A stretch of 64,000 bases of DNA from Squalus acanthias (GCA_030390025.1 JASTWF010000034.1:2480001-2544000); one strand, 5' to 3'. Shown: positions 26,001 to 40,560, counted from the stretch's first letter. The notes: a model not told the origin generated them from the letters alone. Numbers and translations: made by a program.

Positions 26001-29000
26001 GTAAAACTGTCAGTTAATTGTTAAATTAGGTATGATAACCAATACACAGTGTAAAACTGTCACAGTTAATTGTTAAATTAGGTATGATAACCAATACACA
26101 GGGTAAAACTGTCACAGTTAATTGTTAAATTGGGTATGATAAACAATACTCAGGATGAAACTGTCAGTTAATTGTTAAATTGGGTATGATAACCAATACA
26201 TAGGGTAAAACTGTCACAGTTAATTGTTAAATTGGGTATGATAACCAATACACAGGGTAAAACTGTCACAGTTAATTGTTAAATTGGGTATGATAACCAA
26301 TACACAGGGTAAAACTGTCACAGTTAATTGTTAAATTGGGTATGATAACCAATACACAGGGTAAAACTGTCACAGTTAATTGTTAAATTGGGTATGATAA
26401 CCAATACTCAGGGTAAAACTGTCAGTTAATTGTTAAATTGGTATGATAACCAATACACAGGGTAAAACTGTCACAGTTAATTGTTAAATTGGGTATGATA
26501 ACAAATACACAGGGTAAAACTGTCAGTTAATTGTTAAATTGGGTATGATAACCAATACTCAGGTAAAACTGTCAGTTAATTGTTAAATTGGGTATGATAA
26601 CCAATACACAGGGTAAAACTGACAGTTAATTGTTAAATTGGGTATGATAACCAATACACAGGGTAAAACTGTCACAGTTAATTGTTAAATTGGGTATGAT
26701 AACCAATACTCAGGGTAAAACTGTCAGTTAATTGTTAAATTGGTATGATAACCAATACACCGGGTAAAACTGTCAGTTAATTGTTAAAATGGGTATGATA
26801 ACCAATACACAGTGTAAAACTGTCACAGTTAATTGTTAAATTGGGTATGATAACCAATACTCAGGGTAAAACTGTCAGTTAATTGTTAAATTTGGTATGA
26901 TAACCAATACACAGGGTAAAACTGTCCAGTTAATTGTTAAATTGGGTATGATAACCAATACACAGGGTAAAACTGTCACAGTTAATTGTTAAATTGGGTA
27001 TGATAACCAATACTCAGGTAAAACTGTCAGTTAATTGTTAAATTTGGGTATGATAACCAATACACAGGGTAAAACTGTCACAGTTAATTGTTAAATTGGG
27101 TATGATAACCAATACACAGGTTAAAACTGTCACAGTTAATTTTTAAATTGGGTATGATAACCAATACTCAGAATGAAACTGTCAGTTAATTGTTAAATTG
27201 GGTATGATAACCAATACACAGGGTAAAACTGTCACAGTTAATTGTTAAATTGGGTATGATAACCAATACTCAGGATGAAACTGTCAGTTAATTGTTAAAT
27301 TGGGTATGATAACCAATACACAGGGTAAAACTGTCACAGTTAATTGTTAAATTGGGTATGATAACCAATACACAGGGTAAAACTGTCAGTTAATTGTTAA
27401 ATTAGGTATGATAACCAATACACAGGGTAAAACTGTCACAGTTAATTGTTAAATTGGGTATGATAACCAATACTCAGGGTAAAACTGTCAGTTAATTGTT
27501 AAATTTGGTATGATAACCAATACACAGGGTAAAACTGTCAGTTAATTGTTAAATTAGGTATGATAACCAATACACAGTGTAAAACTGTCACAGTTAATTG
27601 TTTAAATTGGGTATGATAACCAATACACAGGTTAAAACTGTCACAGTTAATTTTTAAATTGGGTATGATAACCAATACTCAGGATGAAACTGTCAGTTAA
27701 TTGTTAAATTGGGTATGATAACCAATACACAGGGTAAAACTGTCAGTTAATTGTTAAATTGGGTATGGTCACCAATACACATGGTAAAACTGTCACAGTT
27801 AATTGTTAAATTGGGTATGATAATCAATACACAGGGTAAAACTGTCATTTAATTGTTAAATTGGGTATGATAAACAATACACAGGGTAAAACTGTCAGTT
27901 AATTGTGAAATTGGGTATGATAACCAATACACAGTGTAAAACTGTCACAGTTAATTGTTAATTTGGTTATGATAACCAATACATCGATGAAACTGTCACA
28001 GTTAATTGTTAAATTGGGTATGATAAACAATACACAGGGTAAAACTGTCAGTTAATTGTTAAATTGGGTATGATAAACAAGACACAGGGTAAAACTGTCA
28101 GTTAATTGTTAAATTGGGTATGATAACCAATACACAGGGTAAAACTATCACAGTTAATTGATAAATTGGGTATGATAACCAATACACAGCAAAACTGACA
28201 GTTAATTGTTAAATTGGGTATGATAACCAATACTCAGGGTAAAACTGTCAGTTAATTGTTAAATTAGATATGATACCAATACACAGGGTAAAACAGTCCA
28301 GTTAATTGTTAAATTGGGTATGATAACCAATACACAGGGTAAAACTGTCACAGTTAATTTTTAAATTGGGTATGATAACCAATACTCAGGATGAAACTGT
28401 CAGTTAATTGTTAAATTGGGTATGATAACCAATAAACAGAGTAAAACTGTCACAGTTAATTGTTAAATTGGGTAAGATAACCAATACACAGGGTAAAACT
28501 GTCACAGTTAATTGTTAAATTGGGTATGATAACCAATACACAGGGTACAACTGTCATTTAATTGTTAAATTGGGTATGATAACCAATACACAGGGTAAAA
28601 CTGTCACAGTTAATTGTTAAATTGGGTATGATAACCAATACACAGGGTAAAACTGTCACACTTAATTGTTAAATTGGATATGATAACCAATACACAGGGT
28701 AAAACTGTCACAGATAATTGTTAAATTGGGTATGATAACCAATACACAGAGTAAAACTGTCACAGTTAATTGTTAAATTGGGTATGATAACCAATACTCA
28801 GGGTAAAACTGTCACAGTTAATTGTTAAATTGGGTATAATAACCAATACACAGGGTAAAACTGTCTTAGTTAATTGATAAATTGGGTATGATAACCAATA
28901 CACAGTAAAACTGACAGTTAATTGTTAAATTGGGTATGATAACCAATACACAGAGTAACAACTGTCACAGTTAATTGTTAAATTGGTATGATAACCAATA

Positions 29001-32000
29001 CACAGGGTAAAACTGTCAGTTAATTGTTAAATTGGGTATGATAACCAATACACAGGGTAAAACTGTCAGTTAATTGTTAAATTGGGTATGATAACCAATA
29101 CACAGGGTAAAACTGTCACAGTTAATTGTTAAATTGGGTATGATAACCAATACACAGGGTAAAACTGTCACAGTTAATTGTTAAATTGGGTATGATAACC
29201 AATACACAGGGTAAAACTGTCACAGTTAATTGTTAAATTGGGTATGATAACCAATACACAGGGTAAAACTGTCAGTTAATTGTTAAATTGGGTATGATAA
29301 CCAATACACAGGGTAAAACTGTCACAGTTAATTGTTAAATTGGGTATGATAACCAATACACAGGGTAAAACTGTCACAGTTAATTGTTAAATTGGGTATG
29401 ATAACCAATACACAGGGTAAAACTTTCACAGTTAATTGTTAAATTGGGTATGATAACCAATACACAGGGTAAAACTGTCACAGTTAATTGTTAAATTGGG
29501 TATGATAACCAATACACAGGGTAAAACTGTCACAGTTAATTGTTAAATTGGGTATGATAACCAAGTCACATGGTAAAACTGTCACAGTTAATTGTTAAAC
29601 TGGTATGATAACCAATACACGTGTAAAACTGTCACACTTAATTGTGAAATTGGGTATGATAACCAATACACAGTGTAAAACTGTCACAGTTAATTGTTAA
29701 TTTGGTATGATAACCAATACATCGATGAAACTGTCACAGTTAATTGTTAAATTGGGTATGATAAACAATACACAGGGTAAAACTGTCACAGTTAATTGTT
29801 AAATTGGGTATGATAAACAATACACAGGGTAAAAACTGTCAGTTAATTGTTAAATTGGGTATGATAACCAATACACAGGTAAAACTGTCACAGTTAATTT
29901 TAAATTGGGTATGATAACCAATACACAGGGTAAAACTGACAGTTAATTGTTAAATTGGGTATGATAACCAATACACAGGGTAAAACTGTCAGTTAATTGT
30001 TAAATTGGGTATGATAACCAATACACAGGGTAAAACTGTCACAGTTAATTGTTAAATTGGGTATGATAACCAATACACAGGGTAAAACTGTCACAGTTAA
30101 TTGTTAAATTGGGTATGATAACCAATACACAGGGTAAAACTGTCAGTTAATTGTTAAATTGGGTATGATAACCAATACACAGGGTAAAACTGTCACAGTT
30201 AATTGTTAAATTGGGTATGATAACCAATACACAGGGTAAAACTGTCACAGTTAATTGTTAAATTGGGTATGATAACCAATACACAGGGTAAAACTGTCAC
30301 AGTTAATTGTTAAATTGGGTATGATAACCAATACACAGGGTAAAACTGTCACAGTTAATTGTTAAATTGGGTATGATAACCAATACACAGGGTAAAACTG
30401 TCACAGTTAATTGTTAAATTGGGTATGATAACCAATACACAGGGTAAAACTGTCACAGTTAATTGTTAAATTGGGTATGATAACCAATACACAGGTAAAA
30501 CTGTCACAGTTAATTGTTAAATTGGGTATGATAACCAATACACAGGGTAAAACTGTCACAGTTAATTGTTAAATTGGGTATGATAACCAATACACAGGGT
30601 AAAACTGTCACAGTTAATTTAATTGTTAAATGGTATGATAACCAATACACAGGGTAAAACTGTCACAGTTAATTGTTAAATTGGGTATGATAACCAATAC
30701 ACAGGGTAAACTGTCACAGTTAATTGTTAAATTGGGTATGATAACCAATACACAGGGTAAAACTGTCAGTTAATTGTTAAATTGGGTATGATAACCAATA
30801 CACAGGGTAAAACTGTCACAGTTAATTGTTAAATGGGTTTGTAAGGTTATAAACCTGTCATACACAGGGGGTTAAACTGTCACAGTTAATTGTTAAATTG
30901 GGTATGATAACCAATACACAGGGTAAACTGTCACAGTTAATTGTTAAATTGGGTATGATAACCAATACACAGGGTAAAACTGTCACAGTTAATTGTTAAA
31001 TTGGGTATGATAACCAATACACAGGGTAAAACTGTCAGTTTAATTGTTAAATTGGGTATGATAACCAATACACAGGGTAAAACTGTCACAGTTAATTGTT
31101 AAATTGGGTATGATAACCAATACACAGGGTAAAACTGTCACAGTTAATTGTTAAATTGGGTATGATAACCAATACACAGGGTAAAACTGTCACAGTTAAT
31201 TGTTAAATTGGGTATGATAACCAATACACAGGGTAAAACTGTCACAGTTAATTGTTAAATTGGGTATGATAACCAATACACAGGGTAAAACTGTCACAGT
31301 TAATTGTTAAATTGGTATGATAACCAATACACAGGGTAAAACTGTCACAGTTAATTGTTAAATTGGGTATGATAACCAATACACAGGGTAACTGTCACAG
31401 TTAATTGTTAAATTGGGTATAATAACCAATACACAGGGTAAAACTGTCAGTTAATTGTTAAATTGGGTATGATAACCAATACACAGGGTAAAACTGTCAG
31501 TTAATTGTTAAATTGGGTATGATAACCAATACACAGGGTAAAACTGTCAGTTAATTGTTAAATTGGGTATGATAACCAATACACAGGGTAAAACTGTCAC
31601 AGTTAATTGTTAAATTGGGTATGATAACCAATACACAGGGTAAAACTGACAGTTAATTGTTAAATTGGGTATGATAACCAATACACAGGGTAAAACTGTC
31701 AGTTAATTGTTAAATTGGGTATGATAACCAATACACAGGGTAAAACTGTCACAGTTAATTGTTAAATTGGGTATGATAACCAATACACAGGGTAAAACTG
31801 TCACAGTTAATTGTTAAATTGGGTATGATAACCAATACACAGGGTAAAACTGTCAGTTAATTGTTAAATTGGGTATGATAACCAATACACAGGGTAAAAC
31901 TGTCACAGTTAATTGTTAAATTGGGTATGATAACCAATACACAGGGTAAAACTGTCACAGTTAATTGTTAAATTGGGTATGATAACCAATACACAGGGTA

Positions 32001-35000
32001 AAACTGTCACAGTTAATTGTTAAATTGGGTATGATAACCAATACACAGGGTAAAACTGTCACAGTTAATTGTTAAATTGGGTATGATAACCAATACACAG
32101 GGTAAAACTGTCACAGTTAATTGTTAAATTGGGTATGATAACCAATACACAGGAAAACTGTCACAGTTAATTGTTAAATTGGGTATGATAACCAATACAC
32201 AGGGTAAAACTGTCACAGTTAATTGTTAAATTGGGTATGATAACCAATACACAGGGTAAAACTGTCAGTTAATTGTTAAATTGGGTATGATAACCAATAC
32301 ACAGGGTAAAACTGTCACAGTTAATTGTTAAATTGGTATGATAACCAATACACAGGGTAAAACTGTCACAGTTAATTGTTAAATTGGGTATGATAACCAA
32401 TACACAGGGTAAAACTGTCAGTTAATTGTTAAATTGGGTATGATAACCAATACACAGGGTAAAACTGTCACAGTTAATTGTTAAATTGGGTATGATAACC
32501 AATACACAGGGTAAAACTGTCACAGTTAATTGTTAAATTGGGTATGATAACCAATACACAGGTTAAAACTGTCACAGTTAATTGTTAAATTGGTATGATA
32601 ACCAATACACAGGGTAAAACTGTCACAGTTAATTGTTAAATTGGGTATGATAACCAATACACAGGGTAAAACTGTCAGTTAATTGTTAAATTGGGTATGA
32701 TAACCAATACACAGGGTAAAACTGTCACAGTTAATTGTTAAATTGGGTATGATAACCAATACACAGGGTAAAACTGTCACAGTTAATTGTTAAATTGGGT
32801 ATGATAACCAATACACAGGGTAAAACTGTCACAGTTAATTGTTAAATTGGGTATGATAACCAATACACAGGGTAAAACTGTCACAGTTAATTGTTAAATT
32901 GGGTATGATAACCAATACACAGGGTAAAACTGTCACAGTTAATTGTTAAATTGGGTATGATAACCAATACACAGGGTAAAACTGTCACAGTTAATTGTTA
33001 AATTGGGTATGATAACCAATACACAGGGTAAAACTGTCAGTTAATTGTTAAATTGGGTATGATAACCAATACACAGGGTAAAACTGTCACAGTTAATTGT
33101 TAAATTGGGTATGATAACCAATACACAGGGTAAAACTGTCAGTTAATTGTTAAATTGGTATGATAACCAATACACAGGGTAAAACTGTCAGTTAATTGTT
33201 AAATTGGGTATGATAACCAATACACAGGGTAAAACTGTCACAGTTAATTGTTAAATTGGGTATGATAACCAATACACAGGGTAAAACTGTCACAGTTAAT
33301 TGTTAAATTGGGTATGATAACCAATACACAGGGTAAAACTGTCACAGTTAATTGTTAAATTGGGTATGATAACCAATACACAGGGTAAAACTGTCACAGT
33401 TAATTGTTAAATTGGGTATGATAACCAATACACAGGGTAAAACTGTCACAGTTAATTGTTAAATTGGGTATGATAACCAATACACAGGGTAAAACTGTCA
33501 CAGTTAATTGTTAAATTGGGTATGATAACCAATACACAGGTAAAACTGTCACAGTTAATTGTTAAATTGGGTATGATAACCAATACACAGGGTAAAACTG
33601 TCACAGTTAATTGTTAAATTGGGTATGATAACCAATACACAGGTAAAACTGTCACAGTTAATTGTTAAATTGGGTATGATAACCAATACACAGGGTAAAA
33701 CTGTCACAGTTAATTGTTAAATTGGGTATGATAATACACAGGGTAAAACTGTCACAGTTAATTGTTAAATTGGGTATGATAACCAATACACAGGGTAAAA
33801 CTGTCACAGTTAATTTTAAATTGGGTATGATAACCAATACACAGGGTAAAACTGTCACAGTTAATTGTTAAATTGGGTAATAAAATACACAGGGTAAAAC
33901 TGTCACAGTTAATTGTTAAATTGGGTATGATAACCAATACACAGGGTAAAACTGTCACAGTTAATTGTTAAATTGGGTATGATAACCAATACACAGGGTA
34001 AAACTGTCAGTTAATTGTTAAATTGGGTATGATAACCAATACACAGGGTAAAACTGTCACAGTTAATTGTTAAATTGGGTATGATAACCAATACACAGGG
34101 TAAAACTGTCACAGTTAATTGTTAAATTGGGTATGATAACCAATACACAGGGTAAAACTGTCAGTTAATTGTTAAATTGGGTATGATAACCAATACACAG
34201 GGTAAAACTGTCAGTTAATTGTTAAATTGGGTATGATAACCAATACACAGGGTAAAACTGTCACAGTTAATTGTTAAATTGGGTATGATAACCAATACAC
34301 AGGGTAAAACTGTCACAGTTAATTGTTAAATTGGGTATGATAACCAATACACAGGGTAAAACTGTCAGTTAATTGTTAAATTGGGTATGATAACCAATAC
34401 ACAGGGTAAAACTGTCACAGTTAATTGTTAAAAGGGTATGATAACCAATACACAGGGTAAAACTGTCACAGTTAATTGTTAAATTGGGTATGATAACCAA
34501 TACACAGGGTAAAACTGTCACAGTTAATTGTTAAATTGGGTATGATAACCAATACACAGGGTAAAACTGTCACAGTTAATTGTTAAATTGGGTATGATAA
34601 CCAATACACAGGTAAAACTGTCACAGTTAATTGTTAAATTGGGTATGATAACCAATACACAGGAAAACTGTCACAGTTAATTGTTAAATTGGGTATGATA
34701 ACCAATACACAGGGTAAAACTGTCACAGTTAATTGTTAAATTGGGTATGATAACCAATACACAGGGTAAAACTGTCAGTTAATTGTTAAATTGGGTATGA
34801 TAACCAATACACAGGGTAAAACTGTCACAGTTAATTGTTAAATTGGGTATGATAACCAATACACAGGGTAAAACTGTCACAGTTAATTGTTAAATTGGGT
34901 ATGATAACCAATACACAGGTAAAACTGTCACAGTTAATTGTTAAATTGGGTATGATAACCAATACACAGGGTAAAACTGTCACAGTTAATTGTTAAATTG

Positions 35001-35054
35001 GGTATGATAACCAATACACAGGTAAAACTGTCACAGTTAATTGTTAAATTGGGT
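20080..35054. repeat. ~15-kb AT-rich satellite, 50/52-bp unit (about 290 copies), runs into the assembly gap
   Basis: Unit gttaattgttaaattgggtatgataaccaatacacagggtaaaactgtca(ca); e.g. period 52 between 22981 and 23033. Confidence 0.98.
21631..21748 (-). mobile_element. Penelope-like terminal fragment inserted in the satellite
   Basis: aatactgcggatgctggaaat...gttaacgtttcaggtc matches 63419-63525; truncated within the hammerhead motif. Confidence 0.8.
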
Positions 35055-35254
35055 NNNNNNNNNNNNNNNNNNNNNNNNNNNNNNNNNNNNNNNNNNNNNN
35101 NNNNNNNNNNNNNNNNNNNNNNNNNNNNNNNNNNNNNNNNNNNNNNNNNNNNNNNNNNNNNNNNNNNNNNNNNNNNNNNNNNNNNNNNNNNNNNNNNNNN
35201 NNNNNNNNNNNNNNNNNNNNNNNNNNNNNNNNNNNNNNNNNNNNNNNNNNNNNN
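35055..35254. other. Assembly gap (200 N)
   Basis: Run of N. Confidence 1.
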
Positions 35255-38105
35255 ACCAGGCAATTGCGATGGCTCAGTCATCACTTAATACCAGAATTTC
35301 TGGCTTTTGTATGGTTGAAATAACACTTAATGGTCACAGGTATCCCTCCACCCGGCTTTCGGTGCTCAAGGATTTATGTAGTGATCTTATCTTAGGGCTG
35401 GATTTTCAAAAGCAGCATAAGAAGCTCACCATTGAGTTCGGCGGATGCAAACCTGAACTCACTATTTCTAATATACGACCTCGATTACCGTTCTGTGCAT
35501 TGTCAGCAGCTTCACTGGATGAACCCTTACTGTTTACCAGTCTCCCTCCTCGATGCAAACCGATTATAACAAAGTCACGACGTTTCAGTCAGGAAGACCA
35601 GTCTTTTATTGCGGCTGAGATTTCTCGGCTTTTAGCAGAGGATATCATCGAGCCTTGTTCGTCACCATGGCGCGCCCAGGTCGTTATTGTTAAGAACCCT
35701 CTACAACCTCACAAGAAACGGCTGTGCATTGACTATTCACAGACCATCAATCAATATACGGACTTGGACGCATACCCATTGCCGCGCATCGATGATATGG
35801 TTAATAAACTGGCTGAGTACACGGTGTTCTCAACATATGATCTGAAAAGTGCCTATCATCAGGTACCCTTGAAGGTCTCTGACAATCAGTATACGGCCTT
35901 TGAAGCCAATGGACGGCTGTATCAATTTCGTCGCCTCCCCTTTGGGGTCACTAATGGAGTGGCTGTCTTCCAGCGAGCAATGGATGACCTGGTCAAACAG
36001 GAAGACTTGAAGGATACGTTTCCTTATCTGGACAATATTACTGTCGCAGGTCGCAATCAGCGGGAACATGACGCCAATCTCCAACGATTTTGGGATGCAC
36101 TCCAGCACCGTAATTTGACATTAAATGCGGCTAAATCCATTGAGTCACAACCAACCATCAACATCCTTGGCTATTGTGTGGGCAATGGCATCATTAAACC
36201 TGACCCTGAAAGGCTTCGCCCACTCCAAGAACTCCCGCCACCTAAGAATCCCGGCCTCCTTGCGCCGGGCCCTCGGCCTGTTTGCATACTATGCTAAATG
36301 GATTCCTAACTTCTCGGACCGAATCCAACCTCTACTGAAGGCCAGCACATTCCCACTAGACACAGCGGCTGTTGCAGCCTTTAACCTCCTGAAAAAACAG
36401 TTGGAGAAAGCGGCTCTTCACTCCATCGATGAGAGTCTTCCTTTTGTTGTTGAGTGTGATGCCTCGGAGGTGGCGATCTCGGCCACTCTGAATCAGGAAG
36501 GTCGTCCGGTGGCATTTTTGTCCAGGACTTTTCAAGGGGCTGAGCTACAGTATCCTCCAGTCGAGAAAGAAGCTACAGCCATCATAGAGGCAGTACGGAA
36601 GTGGAGTCATCTCCTAGCTCGCCAGCACTTTACCTTAATCACGGACCAACGATCGGTCGCCTTCATGCTCGATAATCGAAAACGGACCAAAATTAAAAAT
36701 AATAAAATCCAGCTTTGGCGGCTGGAATTGGCCTCTTTTGGTTACACCATCCACGATCGACCTGGCAAGGAGAATGTGGCTCCGGATACCCTCTCTCGAG
36801 CATTCTGCTCCGCCATGGCACCCTCTACGCTCGTAGACATCCATGATGGGTTGTGTCATCCGGGGCGTTACTCGCATGCTACACTTCGTGCGGTCCCGAA
36901 ATCTCCCATTCTCTACCGGGGATGTAAAGAAGATGTGCTCGGACTGCAGAGTCTGTGCGGAATTGAAACCTCAGTTTTTCCGCCCCTCGTGTGGTATACT
37001 CATACATGCGACCCAGCCAATGCAACGGCTTAGCATCGATTTTAAGGGGCCGTTGCCCTCTTCAACTCGCAACACTTATCTGTTGACCATGGTCGATGAG
37101 TATTCCCGTTTTCCGTTTGCCTTTCCCTGCCCCAATATGCTGACGACCACGGTTATCAGCTGCCTTGAGCAGGTATTTGCTTTCTGTGGCATGGCATCCT
37201 ATGTTCATTCGGATCGGGGCCCTTCTTTTATGTCAGGAGAACTCAAGGCCTATCTCTCGGAACGGGGTATTGCTGCCAGCAGAACGACGCCTTATTATCC
37301 GGTCGGGAATGGGCAAGTCGAGCGTTTTAACGCTATCATCTGGAATGCTGTACGTCTGGCTTTGAGATCTCGGGGCCTACCCAACCAGCAATGGGAAGCA
37401 GTACTTCCAGACGCATTACACTCCACATGGTCCCTCCTTTCGACCGCCACAAATACGACGCCTCATGAACGGTTCTTCCGATTTCAGCGTCGCTCATCCT
37501 ATGGGATATCTCTCCCGTCGTGGCTGACTACACCGGGACCAGTGCTACTCCGAAGATATGTCCGGGCATCTAAGAATGACCCCCTGGTAGATGAAGTTGA
37601 GCTCACTGACGTCAACCCTACCTACGCCTATATTCGGTATCCTGACGGTCGGGAATCTACCGTGTCATTGCGGGATCTGGCTCCCTGCCCGCCGAAACAT
37701 AGAGGGACACCAGGGGATGATATTGTACCAGGCACATCTCTGGGCTCGCCAGGTGCCTCTCATCACGATCTGGATCTGACGCCGGCTGGTACCTCACTCC
37801 AGCGTGCCGACCTGGGGCAGACTGAGTATGAGCCCGTCGGGGCTCGCACGCACAGCCACGATCCACCCCGTACCGTACGCTCGGAAACGGATCTGCCACA
37901 GCCCTGCCCGACACCCGTTCGGGCACCAGTACACAGTCAGGATCGTCCTGACCCCTCACAGAGCGGGCTGGATCACTCGGACTCTGGTCCACGGCCCGCG
38001 GCGGGTAAACGGGCTAGGGGCCCTCTACCGCAACGAGAACCCAAATGGGTGCGGCTCTCCCTCGTCCAGCGGCTACGAAATGGAGGGAGCATCCCGGCCT
38101 CCTAA
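35255..38105 (+). mobile_element. pol: Ty3/Gypsy LTR retrotransposon pol (protease C-terminus, RT, RNase H, integrase) with two +1 frameshifts
   Basis: LILGLDF; SPWRAQV; DLKSAYHQ; LPFGVTN; YLDN; RNase H CDAS..EKEA..TDQ; integrase HHCC plus D,D(35)E (SIDFKGP, HSDRG, NGQVER). RT-RH-IN order. Confidence 0.95.
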
Positions 38106-38123
38106 TCTTTTGTGGGGGGAGAA

Positions 38124-38317
38124 TGTGGTAACACAATACAGCTTCCTGTGACTCGAACTTTATTGCATCATTTCCTGTGATTAGTCCAGGATAAATACTG
38201 GACTGATCAGTTGAATCCTGGAGAGGCATAGAGTAAGACCTCTTTTGTATGTAGCACCTTTTTAGTTGATTAAAGCTTACTTTAAGTTCACCACGCGTAA
38301 GGCTCATTCTTACGACA
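38124..38317 (+). mobile_element. 3' LTR of the Gypsy element (~194 bp), preceded by a polypurine tract
   Basis: PPT ggggggagaa then TGTGGTAA...TTACGACA (imperfect terminal inverted repeat, TG..CA); attaaa near 38269. Confidence 0.85.
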
Positions 38318-38493
38318 CCCCCAGGTCTCTCTGTTCATGTACACCTTTTAGAATTATACCCTTTAGTTTATATTGCCTCTCCTCATTCTTCCTATCAAAT
38401 TTTATCATTTCTCACTTTTCTGCATTAAATTTAATCTGCCACGTGTCCGACCTTTCCAGCAATGTCTATGACCTCTTCAAGTCTATAATTATA
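38318..38493 (-). mobile_element. CR1 fragment (target of the Gypsy and RTE insertions)
   Basis: Similar to the CR1 copy at ~60858-61030. Confidence 0.7.
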
Positions 38494-40560
38494 TCTTCTT
38501 CTTCGGCAGCCCCATGGAACCGAAGATGACTTGCTTCCACGTTAAAATGAGTTCTCAGGTGACTGATGAGTCCGATGCGGGACCTACAGTCTGTGTCACA
38601 GGTGGGGCAGACGGTGGTTGAAGTACAGGATGGGTGGGGTGCTTGGGTTGACATGCGCTCCTTCCACTGTTTGCGCTTGGCTTCCACTTGCTCTTGGCGA
38701 AGGGACTCGAGGTGTTCATGGACTTCCCGGATGCTTCTCCACTTTGTTTGGTCGTGCGTCAGGGATTCCCAGCTGTTGGTGGGGATGTTGAACTTTTTCA
38801 AGGAGGATTTGAGGGTGTCCTTGAAGCGTTTCCTCTGCCCACCTGGGGCTCTCTTGCCGTGTTGGAGCTGCGAGTAGAGCGCTTATTTTGGGAGTCTCCT
38901 ATCGGGCATGTGGACGATGTGGCCCGTCCATCGCAGCTGATCGAGCGTGGTCAAAGCTTCGATGCTGGGTATGTTGGCCTGAGCGAGAACACTGACGTTG
39001 GTGCGCCTTTCCTGCCAATGGATTTGCAGGATCTTGCTGAGGCAGCATTGGTGGTACCTCTCCAGTGCTTTGAGGTGCCTGCTGTACATGGTCCATGTCT
39101 CTGAGGTATACAGCAGGGCGGGTATCACTGCTGTTCTGTACACCATGGGCTTATTGCCGGGGTTGAGGTCCTGGTATTCAAACAATCTCTTCCTCAGGCG
39201 ACAGAAGGCTGCACTGGCACACTGAAAGCGGTTTTTGACTTACTCATCGATGTCTGCCCTTGTTGACAGAAGTCTCCCGAGGTATGGAAAGTGGTCCACG
39301 TTGTACAAAGCCTTGTCCTGGATATTGATAATCGGGGGGCAATACTGTGTGGCGGGGGGCTGTTTGATAGAGGTCCTTTGTCTTGCAGATGATTAGTATA
39401 AGGCCTATGCTCTCGTATGCTTCGGTGAAGGTGTTGACGATGGTTTGGAGTTCGACCTCCATGTGAGCGCACACGCAAGCGTCGTCTGCATTCGACAACA
39501 GAGGATGGGACGACATTCGATCTGGACTGGAGACGACGGAGGTTGAACAGTTTCCGATTTGTTCTGTAAATTAGCTCCACTCCAGCGGGGAGCTTACTGA
39601 TGTTGAGATGGAGCATTAGAGCCAGGAAGATCGAGAGGAGCTTTGGAGCGATGACACAGCCTTGCTTGACTACGGTCCGTAGATGAATTGGGTCTGTGTT
39701 GGAACCGTTGGTCAGGATCACGGCTTGCATGTCGTGGTGAAGCAGGCGGAGGATGATGACAAACCTTTGAGGGCAGCCGAATTTGAGGAGGACACTCCAT
39801 AATCCCTCATGGTTGACAGAGTCAAAGGCCTTTGTGAGATCTAAGACAGCCATGTACAGCGGTTGGTGCTGTTCACTGCATTTCTCTTGTCATTGACGTG
39901 TGGTGAAGATCATGTCCATTGTGCCCCTTAGTGGGCGGAATCCGCATTGCGACTCTGGGAGGAGCTCTTCGAACACTGGGAGAAGGCGATTGAGGAGGAT
40001 TCTTGCGATGATTTTCCCTGTGGCAGACAGCAGGAAAACTGCTCTGTAATTACCGTATTCGGACTTGTCACCTTTCTCTGAGATCCCCTGGCATGCTCTC
40101 CTCCTGCCAGATAAGTGAAAGGAGTTCATGAATTTGCGCCTGTAGTGCTTCTCCGCCACGCTTTAATGCCTCGGCAGGGATTCCATCTGCTCCTGAGGCC
40201 TTGTTGTTCTTCAGATGTCGGATGGTCTTTGAAATCTCATGCCGGGCTGGGGTTGTGCTGAGATGCTGGCGGGTAGCATGCTGCAGGATGGAGTTGAGGA
40301 CACTCGCGTCGAAGACAGAGTCGCAGTTAAGGAGATCTTTGAAGTGTTCCTTCCAGCGGGCACTGACTGCCTCTCTGTGGTTGATGAGTACCTCTCCGTT
40401 CTTGGCCCGCAGTGGGGTAGGACCTTGGGTGCTTGGGCCATAGATGGTCTTGACTGTGCTCAAGAATCCACGCACGTCGGGTTTGTCAGCTAGCTGCTGG
40501 ATCTCCTGCTCTTTCTCCACCCAGCATCTGATCTTTAGGTCGCAAGTTTTTTGTTGCCTC
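38494..40560 (-). mobile_element. RTE-clade LINE, 5'-truncated, disrupted
   Basis: DLTKAFDSV, VKQGCVIAP, LLYTSETW..ALERYHQ..LRW, C-terminal CPTC..ISHLRTH; (GAA)n tail. Confidence 0.9.

Noticed and set aside
20080..35054. CRISPR-like array or coding repeat
   Set aside because: Head-to-tail monomers with no unique spacers, no cas genes, and a eukaryotic context; the ORFs are artefacts of the repeat.
29000..35054. Extreme homogeneity as evidence of very recent expansion
   Set aside because: Near-consensus units with scattered 1-bp indels next to a gap could equally reflect polishing or collapse; this cannot be resolved without reads.
34934..35288. ORFs spanning the N run; satellite-Gypsy adjacency
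   Set aside because: Gap artefact; the true distance and junction are unknown.
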